A stretch of DNA of 64,000 bases. Source: Octopus sinensis. Its lineage: Eukaryota. Shown here piece after piece: positions 1 through 12,684 of the stretch (the stretch's first letter is position 1; each line of letters begins with the position of its first letter). Below the pieces are notes generated by a model. The model was not told where the DNA came from and searched no databases. It saw nothing but the letters and a program-made list of their open reading frames with translations. Both the position numbers and the translations under genes were made by a program. Where the stretch lies: positions 1 to 64,000 of the forward strand of contig NW_021833299.1 in the NCBI RefSeq assembly GCF_006345805.1, read 5' to 3'.

Positions 1-130
1 ACATACTCTCCGTCCACCGAATTCACCAACAAGTCACTGCAATAGATTCGGGGCTATATATATATAATTATAGCCCGAGGAGCTCTCTCTCTCTCCTCTC
101 TCTCTCTCTCCTCGCTCTCTCCCTCTTCTT

Positions 131-161
<31 letters not shown>

Positions 162-236
162 TCCCTCTCTCTCTTTCTTCTCTCTCTCTCTCTCTCTATA
201 TATAATATATATATATATATATGTATATTATATGTT

Positions 237-630
237 AGGCGCAGGAGTGGCTTTGTGGTAAGTAGCTTGCTTACCAATCACATAGTTCTGGGTTCAGTCC
301 TGTTGTGTGAAACCTTGTGCAAGTGTCTTCTACTATAGCGTCGCGCCGACCAAAGCCTTATGAGTGGATTTGGCAGACGGAAACTGAAAGAAGCCCGTCG
401 CATATATATATGTATGTGTGTGTGTGTGTGTGTTTGTGTCTGTGTTTGTTCCCCCACCATCACTTGAAAATCGGTGCTGGCGTGTTTATGTCCCCGTAAA
501 TTTGAAAAGATCGCTCGAATAAGTACAAAACTTACAAAGAATAAGTCCTGGGGTCGATTTGTTCGACTAAAGGCGGTGCTCCATCATGGTCGTAGTCAAC
601 TGACCGAAACAAATAAAAGAATAAAAGAAT
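237..630 (+). mobile_element. tRNA-headed SINE, family A
   Basis: Head GGCGCAGGAGTGGCT..GGTTCAGTCC, internal (TA)/(TG) tract, tail GGTGCTCCATCATGG..CTGACCGAAACAAATAAAAGAATA; about 10 related copies in the window. Confidence 0.85.
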
Positions 631-725
631 ATAGTTGAAATTTATAGAAAAACAAAAAAAAACGAAGACAGGTGTATGAACAACAAGCAAGTGTATTAGT
701 TTGACACTTGGGACAATAGAAAAGT

Positions 726-761
726 CTTTTACGTTTCGAGCATACGCTCTTCACCAGAAAG
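726..761 (-). ncRNA. Minimal type I hammerhead ribozyme (Penelope-type), core A6G variant
   Basis: Minus strand CTTT-CTGGTGA-A-GAGC(GTAT)GCTC-GAAA-C-GTA-AAAG: stem I CTTT/AAAG, stem II GAGC/GCTC, palindromic ACGT stem III. Confidence 0.65.
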
Positions 762-1301
762 GAATATGAAGAAATAAACAGAGAAAGAATGAAAAAAACT
801 TGTAGATTTCAGTGGTCTAGTATTATTTATGTATTACTTATGGCCACTTTAATGGGACTGACCTCTAAGAGACGACAATACTGCAATTTAGCCCCAGGAA
901 GAATCTCCAGCAGCTGGTTTATTCAGTGTGGTCCTTGCACTTGATATCTGTTGCAAGCGGGCGATAACTTCTTCCATCGTAGCTCTCAGATCACCAGGCC
1001 ATGTGGTTTCGATCTGCATTGGATCTCCTCCGTGGTGGATACTCGTTCGCCAGGTATAGCAGCAGTGTAATCTCGCTTGCAATATATAGAAAATACTGGT
1101 TTTGTAACTCGGAAAGTAGTCCATTAGAAAATCTCTGCTCGAGACAGAAGCAGTATACGAACCCAAATGTATTGCTTATGGTTACTTTAATGTGGCTGTC
1201 CCCAAAGAGCCGACGATACTGCTATTTAACACGAAGAAGATATCCCTTCCAGCTGGCTTATTCAGTGCGCTTTTCGCACTCGATATTTATTGCAAGTGGA
1301 A

Positions 1302-1343
1302 CATACATACATACATACATACATACATACATACATACATACA

Positions 1344-1372
<29 letters not shown>
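1302..1372. repeat. (CATA)n microsatellite
   Basis: Direct reading. Confidence 0.95.
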
Positions 1373-1376
<4 letters not shown>

Positions 1377-1429
1377 CATACAGTGCACATTTAAACACAT
1401 TAAGAGGTGTCCATCATATGACTACTTTA

Positions 1430-1685
1430 CGCTAGAAGAAACAGCTAAAGTCCAAACAACTAATTAGGGATAAATTCTCGAAGGGAATGGAAAATAAAAA
1501 CATTTACCATCTAATTCCTGGACCGGTTTCTGACATTTTTTAGTAAATAAAATAATTTGCTAGGCGAAGTCTTTGTCAACAGGTACGAAGCTTACAATGA
1601 ATAAGTCCTGGAGTTGACTTGTTTTCATTCCCTTCGAGAATTTATCCCTAATTAGCTGTTTGGACTTTAGCTGTTCCTTCTAGCG
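1430..1685. mobile_element. MITE/foldback element with 60-bp inverted repeats
   Basis: 1430-1489 is the reverse complement of 1626-1685 with about 2 mismatches; no clear TSD. Confidence 0.65.
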
Positions 1686-2036
1686 CAAGACACATGATCA
1701 AATACAGAAGTTTACGTTTGGGATGAAGCATTTGCATTCAATAAGTAATCAGGAATCCTATGGGTGGTTGGTAGAGAAATTAAAGTTCAAATGAAATAGA
1801 AGAGAATGTCTCTTGAGCACATCTGCTTACTCTCGTATTACAATCCGTTATTCAGTTGGTATATTTTTGTAATACATGATTTGGTCTTTATTTCTTTTTC
1901 CCAACTCCTACGAAAAGCTACTGGATTCGATTCGTTCAGCCCCCAAAACTCTTCAAAGCTGTGCCCCAGCATGGTCGCAATATAACGACTGAAGCAAGTA
2001 AAATATATGAGATATACGCACAGCCAAACAAACAAA

Positions 2037-2085
<49 letters not shown>

Positions 2086-2569
2086 ATATCTATAGGTATG
2101 TATGTGTGTAGGTATGTATGTATTACGTATGTATGTATGTGTGTGTATGTATGTATATATGTATGTATGTACAGAGTTATGTGGGAATATGGGTGTGAGT
2201 AGGGGGCGTCTGTTTGCGTGCGCATGCGCAGAAAGTCGCAATTGTAAAAAAATATGCAATCAGCTATCTTTTAACGAAGGTCAAAAAGGTGCAATATGGG
2301 TGGCGCGCGCGCATGTATATATATGTGTATATGTGTGTATATGTATGTATGTATGCATGTAAAGATACATATATACCTATACCCATACACACACATACTC
2401 ACATAAAAACGCAAATACCTATACACACACACACACTTATATATATATATATAGAGAGAGAGGGGGGGTTAGAGATAAAATGAGAATGGAATTCCGATGT
2501 CGGTCAGCTGACGTCTTCACATGCTTTCAAACACCTGTCTCCACCCCGTTTCCAACACTTATCTATTGT

Positions 2570-2825
2570 CATCAATTCCTCCGCCTCCTCCATCACCACC
2601 ACCACCACCTCCGCCTCTCCTCCTCTTCTTCACCACCACCACATCCTCCTTCCTCTCTTCCCCCTCCTCAACCACCGCCACCATCACCCCCCACTACTAC
2701 TACTACTTACTAACACAAACTCCACCACAACCACCACCACCACCACCACTACTACACTACTACTACTACTACTACTACTACTAACACAAACTCCACCACA
2801 ACCACCACCACCACCACCACTACTC

Positions 2826-2860
<35 letters not shown>

Positions 2861-2861
2861 G

Positions 2862-2902
<41 letters not shown>

Positions 2903-2933
2903 GTACTACTACTACTACTACTACCACCACCAG

Positions 2934-2968
<35 letters not shown>

Positions 2969-2975
2969 GTACTAT

Positions 2976-3011
<36 letters not shown>

Positions 3012-3012
3012 C

Positions 3013-3056
<44 letters not shown>

Positions 3057-3142
3057 TACTACTACCACCACCACTACTTCTACCACCACTACTACTACCA
3101 CCACTACCACAACCCCCACCACGACCACCACCAACACCAACA
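2570..3142. repeat. (CAC)n/(CTA)n compound microsatellite
   Basis: Direct reading; source of the poly-V/S/G ORFs. Confidence 0.95.
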
Positions 3143-3446
3143 ATGTCTGCGATTATACATCCGCCCACGCCAAGTCTGCATTGATATGTCTGTACCTGTC
3201 CTTTTTTCTTCAAAGAGGAATTCGTAGAAATTATTTCCTAGCCATGACACCTCATATTTCTTGTTTAACTGAAAGGCGTGTATTGTTCTGCCTATTACTT
3301 ATATATTTCTTTCTTTCTTTAATTGTATATCAGCGGCTTTACTTGCCAGTTCAGTTGTTGTTGTTTAACCCTAAGAAATTTCTGCACAAGTAGACCTATT
3401 AATCAAACTCACTCCAGCCGTGCCTCTCCCGTTTTGTATGAATGAG

Positions 3447-3859
3447 ACTCTTTTACTCTTTACTATTTTACTTGTTTCAGTCATTTGACTGCTGCGACCA
3501 TGCTGGAGCACCGCCTTTAGTCGAGCAAATCAACCCCACGACTTATTCTTTGTAAGCCCAGTACTTATTCTATCGGTGTCTTTTGCCGAACCGCTAAGTT
3601 ACGGGGACGTAAACACACCACCATCGGTTGTCAAAGCGTGTTGGGGTGGGGACCAACACATACACACAAACGTATACACACGCATACATATATATATACA
3701 TATATACGACGGACTTCTTTCAGTTTCCGTCTACCAAATCCACTCACAGGGCTTTGGTCGGCCCGAGGCTATAGTAGAAGACACTTGCCCAAGGTGCAAC
3801 GCTGTGGGAATGAACCCGGAAACATGTGGTTGATAAGCAAGCTACTTACCACACAGCCA
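3447..3859 (-). mobile_element. SINE family A
   Basis: Reverse complement of the 237-630 layout. Confidence 0.85.
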
Positions 3860-3949
3860 GAGGGAATTTTGCTATTGTTTCTAGGAAGTCAAAGCATCAG
3901 GCCGAAGCCACCTTCATCCAGTGCCCCTGTGGTAAATAAAAAAATCCTT

Positions 3950-3974
3950 ACTATTATCATTATTATTATTATTA

Positions 3975-4022
<48 letters not shown>

Positions 4023-4395
4023 CATTACTATTATTATTATTATTATTATTATTGAGTGAGAGAGCAGTGCATGCCATCAAAGTGACACTGGGGTAAAACA
4101 TACGAAGCCCATTATACCCATCATGACTACCCGTCTGATAAGGGTACACCAGCCACATACATCACAACCATATGTGCACGACATGGTGATCTCATATCAA
4201 AATAAACAGTACATGACCCTGCAGGTGGGGCCCAGTTAGAATTTTCTTCTGGTCGAGTTAAATAGCTCAAGAAGTCCCTGAATAAGGATTGTTTAAGTAT
4301 GTTGGATGAACCACCCATGTTTCCAAAGGTAAATTATCCAAACCTCTAAGAATTCCTTTCAACGCACGGCTATGATGCTCCTCCACTACTTCTGT
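3950..4395 (-). mobile_element. Probable retroposon 3' end with (AAT)n tail
   Basis: About 340 bp of complex sequence abutting a 100-bp (ATT)n tract; single copy in the window, no coding similarity recognised. Confidence 0.35.
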
Positions 4396-4511
4396 AAATG
4401 ACCACCTCGTTGATATCATGTAAATTCCATTGAAAGAGCGTCGTGTCTGCGTTCGAAACCGGATCTTTTGCTACCGGTGGTAAATTTGAAAATTAAAACC
4501 AGTACATATTA

Positions 4512-4821
4512 AAACACATGTACATACATACAAACACACATACATACATACATACATACGTACTCACATACATACATACATACATACATACAAACACACA
4601 TACATACATACACACATGCATACATACATACATACGTACTCACATACATACATACATACATACATACATACATACATAATACATACATACAAACACACAT
4701 ACATACATAATTCATACATACATACATACACACATACATACATAATACATACATACAAACACACATACATACACACATGCATACATACATACATACGTAC
4801 TCACATACATACATACATACA

Positions 4822-4854
<33 letters not shown>

Positions 4855-5141
4855 GCATACATACAAAAATACACACATACATACATACATACATACTCAC
4901 ATACATACACACATATATACATACATACACACATACATACATACATACATACATACATAATACACACATATACATACATCACACATACATACATACATAC
5001 ATACATACATACATACATACCCACATGCATACATACATACATACACACATGCATACATACATACACACATACATACATACATACATACATACATACATAC
5101 ATACACACATGCATACATACATACACACACACATACATACA

Positions 5142-5174
<33 letters not shown>

Positions 5175-5250
5175 GCATACACTCACACACATACACATAC
5201 ATACATACATGCATGCATACTAACATTCCTAAATATACATATACATACAT
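4512..5250. repeat. (TACA)n microsatellite
   Basis: Direct reading. Confidence 0.95.
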
Positions 5251-5738
5251 AAATAATTAAATTTTTTTCCATTTCACATTCTAACAAAAACATTTTATTG
5301 TCGATGATGCAAGAGGCCAAAGTGACAGCGATACCAGCTACATAGGTGACCTTAAAAACACTGATAAGCTATTTGAAAAGCCTGATAAAAACAAAACATT
5401 GTCTGGCTTTATTAATAACAGAAAAATCAAAGTATCGCTTGCTTGAGTTTGTTTTTGTAATTTTTGGTTTTAATATTTAGATTTTTAATAATACAAAATA
5501 TTATAGATTGTTTATTTTCTAATTGGATTTCAAGTCGATTGACAATAGTCGAAAATGACTTCAGTAAAAACGAAAAAAAAAAAAACGATTGGACAAGATT
5601 TTCATTCCGCATATTACTTCGTGAGTTGTGATTCTCTGCTATTTTTTGCTTGTGGACAACTTTGATTCTTGTTTTACTCGAATGGACCCTCGTAGCCCTT
5701 CAAATGTTTAAAACAAACCCTGTCATATTGTTATAATT

Positions 5739-5998
5739 GTGGAGGCGCGTGGCTTAGTGGTTAGGGTGTCAGCATCATGATCATAAGATTGTGGTTTCGA
5801 TTCCTGGACCGGGCGACGCGTTGTGTTCTTAAGCAAAGCACTTCATTTCAAGTTTCTCCAGTCCACTCAGCTGGCAAAAATGAGTAACGCTGCGATGGAC
5901 TGGCGTCCCGTCCAGATGGGGAACACATACGCCATAGAAACCGGGTCCGTGAGCCTGGATAGGCTTTGAAAGGGTGCATTTATTTTTATTTTTTATTT
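5739..5998 (+). mobile_element. tRNA-headed SINE (B head + V-domain-like tail) with 13-bp TSD
   Basis: A box TGGCTTAGTGG, B box GTTTCGATTCC, CTGCGATGGACTGGCGTCCCGTCCAG resembling the V-SINE domain; TATTGTTATAATT at 5726-5738 and 5999-6011. Confidence 0.9.
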
Positions 5999-6034
5999 TA
6001 TTGTTATAATTAAATACTATTAGGAATAGTATTT

Positions 6035-6655
6035 TCCTCTTTTTCTTTGTAGTTTCAGCTCAGAGCTGCAGCCATGCTGGGGCACCAATTCTTGCTACAC
6101 TGTTATTATTGAGAACCTCCTCTAATATTTGGCTAATGGTGAACAAGGAAGTTTGATGTCGCTACCCTCATTTCCACCTCTTGCCGTGAGGTAAGTTCAT
6201 CTGCGACTCCCGACAAGCAGAGGTCCAGTTTTGATTTGAAAACACCTACATCCACTTTGTGTAGATCTTCCAGGCTCTTTGAGAGAATATTAAAAAGCTG
6301 TGAGCCCCTGAAACCCAGGCTGTTGCAGTAACTGGTCCTGAAGCGCGGTGACATTGCTGAGATCTTTGGTACTGTGCAATGTTGACCCGTTCTGACATTG
6401 GTGTAGCTTTCAATGCCAAAATTTAGCAGAATTCCTTCCAGGATTTTCCAGATGTATATTACTGCTTCTCTTTCCTTCGCTCCAGGGTGTCGAGTCTTAG
6501 CTGTTTCAGCTTTTCCCAGTAGCTGAGCCGTTGCAACGAGACGATCTTCTTTGTGAAGCTTTGCTGGACTGCTTCAAGGGTGACCATAGCTGGAAGCAGT
6601 AGTCCAGGCGGCTGAGAATGAATGTCCTCCAGAGGACAATCATGGTTTCTTCCTG
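6035..6655 (-). pseudogene. 5'-truncated CR1/L2-group LINE: ORF2 C-terminus plus 3' UTR
   Basis: Frameshifted peptides LWRTFILSRLDYCFQLWSP, LEAVQQSFTKKI..LSYWEKLKQLRLDTLERR, LFNIL..FKSKLD, typical of the post-RT region. Confidence 0.85.
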
Positions 6656-6759
6656 TATAAAAAAATAAAAAAGGATGAAAGGCATAGTCGAGCTCAACGG
6701 TATTTGATCCCAAAACGTGAAAGCGGACAACTTACCACCAAGCCTCGTCCGAGGTCCAA

Positions 6760-6935
6760 ACGACTCTGCCAGCTCGCAGCCTTCGTTGCCTTTCTACTAG
6801 AGGCACAAGAGCTGAAATTTTGTGGGAGGGGACTAGTCGATTACATCGACCCAAGTGTTCCACTGGTACTTATTTAATTGAACCCGAAAGGATGAATGGC
6901 AACGTCGACCTCAGCGAAATTTGAACTCGGAGCGT
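6760..6935 (-). mobile_element. Degenerate SINE family D
   Basis: CTGGTACTTATTTAATTGAACCCGAAAGGATGAA..GTCGACCTC..TTTGAACTC matches other D copies. Confidence 0.75.
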
Positions 6936-7040
6936 ACCCAAAGATAGAGACCAGGCGACCATAGACCACCTCGATTCAGAAGTAAAAATGGGTTTATGTA
7001 GAGCAACCAGATCTGGGAGACGAAAAGACAGATCAGATTA

Positions 7041-7311
7041 GAGAACGAAGGAGTTAGATAAGTAAGTAAGAGTCCCAGGACATTAAACCTGAGCTCCATT
7101 ATGGAAGTATTTCACCGAGATGTAGCCCCTAAAATTCGATTAGTATTCCTTTAAATTATACCTTAATGAACTTGAGAGCTATATTATCTCTCCATAGAGA
7201 ACGAAGGGGTTAAGTAACTAAACGTCACGGGTCATTAAGTCTTTGCTCCAATATGGCTGTATTTCACCGAAATTTAGACGGGAAAATTTTGACTAGTATT
7301 CCTTTAAATTA
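7041..7311. repeat. Diverged tandem duplication, period about 156 bp
   Basis: GAGAACGAAGG..GTATTTCACCGA..TAGTATTCCTTTAAATTAT at 7041-7159 and 7197-7311. Confidence 0.75.
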
Positions 7312-7658
7312 TGAGCAGGCACGCTCAATAATTTCGTATTTATATTTTCTGCAGAACCATCATTTTCTGTGGATTACTTTGTATGTTTAAGACACGACAT
7401 CATGTCTCGTATGTAGCAAGTAACCTGATGACATTTCCAAGCTGTTGCTTATGATGCAGGAGACATCTCAGAGTATTAATTCCACAGGCTTCATAGTTTG
7501 TCTCTTATGAGGATGGGGCGGGAGGGGAATATCTAAGCACGCACGTACGTATGAATATGTTGCAATAAATATACGTATATTAACAAGAAATAAGCTGGAA
7601 AGCGCTAATCGATGCGTTTGAGTATTCTTAATGCAGCAACATTTCACCCTCAAAAATC

Positions 7659-7980
7659 CTTCTTCTTCTTCTTCGTCTTGAGGCAGCATTCACCCGGGGT
7701 GGGTTCAGCTGGCTTCATTCATCCTCAATGCTGCAGTTCTCACAAACGCCGACCAGGCCTGGCGATTTGAGGCTAACGACTGCGTGATCTCCAACCACTC
7801 CCTATTCCAGCGGCGAACGTTGTAGACATGGGGGCCAAGGTTGGGTTCAAGATCAGCCTTGACTGTCATCAGCCAGGTTTTTCGTTGTCCACCACATTGC
7901 TTTCGCCAACCCTGAAGGGGAGTTGGGGCAATTGCTTCGTGGATGAATTCTCCTGGTTGACGACGGAGGGCATGACCCAC
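7659..7980 (-). pseudogene. RTE-clade LINE 3' end with (GAA)n tail
   Basis: GHALRR..GGQRKTWLMTVKADL..LASNRQAWSAFV is the RTE ORF C-terminal motif set; stop at 7705, short UTR, (GAA)n. Confidence 0.85.
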
Positions 7981-9019
7981 CCCCTCCTCATCGTGGTAAG
8001 GGGGTGAAACGGGAGTATCAGAGCTATACCGTCAGAGACTTCGGTTTCTGGTAGGGCCACCTAAAGGGGATTGTTCTGACACCCAGCGGTATCAAGGTCA
8101 TACCCGGCTAACGGGGCTCTGGTGAACTGAAGCGTCTGATCCGGCCACCGGCGGCTTCAACCCGTCCTGTCCCTGCGTCTGTGGAAAATCTACGGCAAAC
8201 AAGACGTTCTCCCAACAAGGATATACTTGCTAGCGAACTTCCTATTCCCTAGATCCTTCAAACATTCCTCATATAAATCTTACCTTCAAAGACCCTTATT
8301 AAGGTGGAAGCTGAAACAATTAGGTAGACAACAACAACAACAATAATAATAATGATGATGATGGTCTCTCCTCTCGAAGACGAGGTGTGAGCGTTCAGCT
8401 TTAACCGAAAGACCTGTACAAATGATTCGCTTCAAGTGATGCAATGTTCGTACCGCACATTACCTCACTCTATCCACCAAATCGACATTGTCCGAACAGG
8501 TGCACGGTGTACCATGCATCAGGTGTCGAAACGGTCGCAGTGAAACGTGAAGTGAAGTGTTTTGCTCAAGAATACAACGTACCACCCGGTCTACGACTTA
8601 AAACCACGATCAATACTAAGAAACATCAAGCAATATAATAGAAACAGAATTATAGTCAAGCGCAATAATAGCAAAAAGCATAGTTATATGAAGTAGTAAG
8701 AAACCTAGTGAAATGCAATAGTAAGGAATCTATTCAAATAGGAAATTTAGTGAATAAGTGTGAAAGCCGTAATCAGAGCTTTTCAATGCGTTTAATAACA
8801 TGGTATTTCAGTCAGAGAAAAAAAGACCTTTATCAAGGTGGTTGTTGAAATAATTTCGTTGATAATAAAATAGAAGGAAAGAGAAATAGGTTAAAAATGA
8901 AAATTGTAAGTTAGACACCGGCAACGGAGCAATTCAGATCGTGTATGACGTGCGTCATACACACCCACGCGCGTGCACACCCACCACACACGCCACACAC
9001 ACACACACTCGTTTGTATG

Positions 9020-9149
9020 ATGCGTGCGTATATGTATGTATGTATGCATGTATGTATTTATGTATGTATGTATGCATGTATGTATGTATTATGTATGTAT
9101 GCATGTATGTATGCATGTATGTATGTATATATGCATGTATGTATGTATG

Positions 9150-9182
<33 letters not shown>

Positions 9183-9275
9183 TATAAAATATCCATTTTA
9201 TTAGTGCCATACACAAAACTGTGTTCTTCATTAACTTTTGTGGATTTTTGCTGATTCTCTGTCTATCTGTCTGTC

Positions 9276-9308
<33 letters not shown>

Positions 9309-9370
9309 TTGTCTGGCTGTCTGTCTGTCTCTGTCTGTCTGTCTGTCTGTCTCTCTTTATCTATCTATCC
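9020..9370. repeat. (TGTA)n and (TGTC)n microsatellites
   Basis: Direct reading. Confidence 0.95.
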
Positions 9371-9733
9371 GAGTGAGTAGACAAACGAGAGGCAGTGGCA
9401 CATTTGGTAGGAAACAAATATCTAATAACCGTCTGACTCAGTTTCATGCATTCCAAAGCCTCGTAGGGCTCGCAGAACGAACCCATCTCGTCAAGAATGC
9501 AGAGAAGAGTAAAGAGATATAGGACGAGCAAAAGATGGCCGCTAATGTCAGGCCTCCATGTCACATGGAGTTATTGGCCTGGGAGCGACACTAATTCTTT
9601 CCTGCGAGGCATTGAGTCATGGGATTGCTTGTTGTTAACCCGAAAATTATTTACATTATTAAATCACGTCCATTTCTTCCGCCTCCAGTGGTCTGCGAAG
9701 GTAGGGCACAATTTCTTCCTTGGGGCAAAACTT

Positions 9734-9765
<32 letters not shown>

Positions 9766-9817
9766 CTATATATATATATATATATATATATATTATGTAT
9801 GTATGTATGTATGCATG

Positions 9818-9881
<64 letters not shown>

Positions 9882-11332
9882 TTATTATATATATACAAAT
9901 ATATATGAATGTATGTATGTATCTGTGTTTGTGTGTGTGTGTGTGTGTGTATCAAAAGGATGTATTATAATAATATTCCACAGCTATACCAACAATCCAA
10001 CATATCTCCATCGTCAGCTGGCCCACGGATATCATTATGGTTTCGACACCAGTGCAGTACCATTCAATCCGGCGGTATCAACAGCACTAAAATAAGTGTT
10101 GTTTGGGAGCAAACAAACAAGCCAAAGAAACCACAACTTTCAAACACATTTACACATTCTACAACCACCGTATCGATAAATATATTCCATAAGTAAATTA
10201 CAACTCCTCCTAAATACGTAACTGAACAGCGACAACTCTATTAAGTCATAAAAAATTATAACCCCTACCGTCTTCCGTAGTGTAATATAAAAGTGAAGCT
10301 TAATAACCACATTATTTCAATCAATCTTTACGTAGGCAGGATTAAACACAAACCTTACTAAAACTACAACAAGAGACATTTAAACCAATGTACATTGTAT
10401 CGATATTAATAATAAACTGCAATAACTACATTATGTGCTAAATTGCGATCCATATAAATAATAAGTCCAAATAAATAATAATGCCAACGGTCTTCCATAG
10501 ATATTACTATAATGAAAGTTCAAACCTTATAAAATTTTTTCCAAAACAAAACGTGATTGAAATTAATTTAACTAATATTTTTATGAGTGAAATACATTAT
10601 TTCATCATTTAAAAGTTAATAATAAAACACTACATACTCATTAATATATCACCACAAGTTATAATATTAAATTACCGATTATTAATATACACTTAAATTT
10701 CATTAAATAGTACTTGCAATAAACTCATATTATAAACCTTACTATGTTTAAAGCTAATTAAACTATTTAAAAGATAATAAAACGGTTTAAAAAAAATAAA
10801 ACTACATGTATTAACGCTTACATGTTTAATCTGACACGCAGCTCCCTCACCAAGAATTTAAAGAGCAATTAAATATTGATGTCGTAGTGAGTAATTTCCA
10901 CTTTCTCAATTGCCTCAATAACAGGGAACGTAGTAAGCAAATAACTCGAATCGTAAACCTTACAAATCCTGACAAAACATTTGCTAAGCTGAAGAGTAGA
11001 TGTTACCCCATATTTATTTAAAATTTCAAGTTTCCCACCTGAACCGCGATTAAAAGCTTTAACCAACTTACCATGATTCCTCACCTCCACCATTACAGTC
11101 AATTCACCATCAACACTACTGTAGTTACTACCTTTCCGCAACCAATACCGCCTCAATTGAAAACGGTACTCTAACCATTACGACCATCACCGCCGCCTCC
11201 GTCACCATCACTACCATTCAAACCGCTATCACTATCACCTCTACCATCCAAATCACCAACATCCCTGTCACCCTTATAACATCCACAACCACTGTTAATT
11301 ACCTCATGTACTGCAATATCATACTTCCACTG

Positions 11333-11950
11333 AAGGCGGTGAGCTGGCAGAATCGTTAGCACGCCAGGCGAAATGCTCAGTGGCATTTTGTCTGTTTTTA
11401 CGTTCTGAGTTCAAATTTCGCCGAGGTGGACTTTGCGTTTCATCCTTTCGTGGTCGATAAAATCAGAACCTGTTGAGTACTGGGGTGTGGAAGCACTCCG
11501 TCGGTTACGACGACGAGGGTTCCGGTTGATCCGAATCAACGGAACTGCCTGCTCGTGAAATTAACGCGTAAGTGGCTGAGCACTCCACAGACACGTGCAC
11601 CCTTAACGTAGTTCTCGGGGATATTCAGCGTGACACAGAGAGTGACAAGGCCGGCCCTTTGAAATACAGGTACAACAGAAACAGGAAGTAAGAGTGAGAG
11701 AAAGTTGTGGTGAAAGAGTACAGCAGGGATCACCACCATCCCCTGCCGGAGCCTCGTGGAGCTTTTAGATGTTTTCGCTCAATAAACACTCACAACGCCC
11801 GGTCTGGGAATCGAAACCACGATCCTATGACAACGAGTCCGCTGCCCTAACCACTGGGCCATTGCGCCTCCACGAGCACTGGGGGTAGATGTAATCGACT
11901 AGCACCCTTCGCTGAACGTGCTGGCCTCGTGCCAAACTTTTGACACCAAT
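11333..11950 (+). mobile_element. SINE family D interrupted by a nested SINE
   Basis: Head GGCGGTGAGCTGGCAGAATCGTTAGC to 11485, body resumes at 11874. Confidence 0.8.
11486..11873 (-). mobile_element. tRNA-headed SINE (E head + T tail), nested, 11-bp TSD
   Basis: Minus GGAGGCGCAATGGCCCAGTGGTTAGGGCAGCGGACTCG..GTAACCGACGGAGTGC; GAG(T/C)ACTGGGG on both sides. Confidence 0.9.
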
Positions 11951-11974
11951 ATTGATAGTTATGTTGAAGTGATT

Positions 11975-12180
11975 AGCTGGCAGAATCGTTAGCACGCCGG
12001 GTAAATGCTCAGAGGTATTTCGTCTGTCTTTACGTCTTGAATTCAAATTCTGCCGATGTTAAATTTGCCTTTCATCCTTTCGTGATCGATAAAATAACAG
12101 TTGAACATTGGGCTCGGTGTAATCAACTATCACCCTGCCCCGAAAGTTGCTGGCCCCGTGCCAAAATTCGAAGCCAAAAT
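11975..12180 (+). mobile_element. Degenerate SINE family D
   Basis: AGCTGGCAGAATCGTTAGCACGCCGGG..GCCTTTCATCCTTTCG. Confidence 0.75.
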
Positions 12181-12235
12181 CATACTTCCATTTTTAGTAC
12201 GAAATAAACGTTTTCACCTCGTTTTCATTTTGCCA

Positions 12236-12456
12236 CTCTTTTTTACTATTTTACTTGTTTCAGTCATTTGACTGCGGCCATGCTGGAGCACCGTCTTTAG
12301 TCGAGCAAATCGACCCCCAGGACCTAATCTTTGTAAGCCTAGTACTTAATTCTATCGGTCTCTTTTTGCCGAACCGCTAAGTTACGGGTACATAAACACA
12401 CCAGCATCGGTTGTCAAGCGATGCTGAGGTGACAAACACAGACACACAAACGCGCG

Positions 12457-12524
<68 letters not shown>

Positions 12525-12684
12525 TATACATATATACGACGGGCTTCTTTCAGTTTCTGTCTACCAAATCCACTCACAAGGCTATAGTAGAAGACACTTG
12601 CCCAAGGTACCACGCAGTGGGACTGAACCCGGAACCATGTGGTTGGTAAGCAAGCTACTTACCACACAGCCACTCCTACGCCTA
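12236..12684 (-). mobile_element. SINE family A
   Basis: Same layout as 3447-3859, small internal deletion. Confidence 0.85.

Noticed and set aside
5741-5812. SINE heads as tRNA genes (also 21535, 25410, 29752, 47375)
   Set aside because: No clean acceptor stem; fused to repeat bodies, several with TSDs
10200-10860. Very AT-rich stretch as a possible mitochondrial insertion
   Set aside because: No mitochondrial gene or tRNA recognisable
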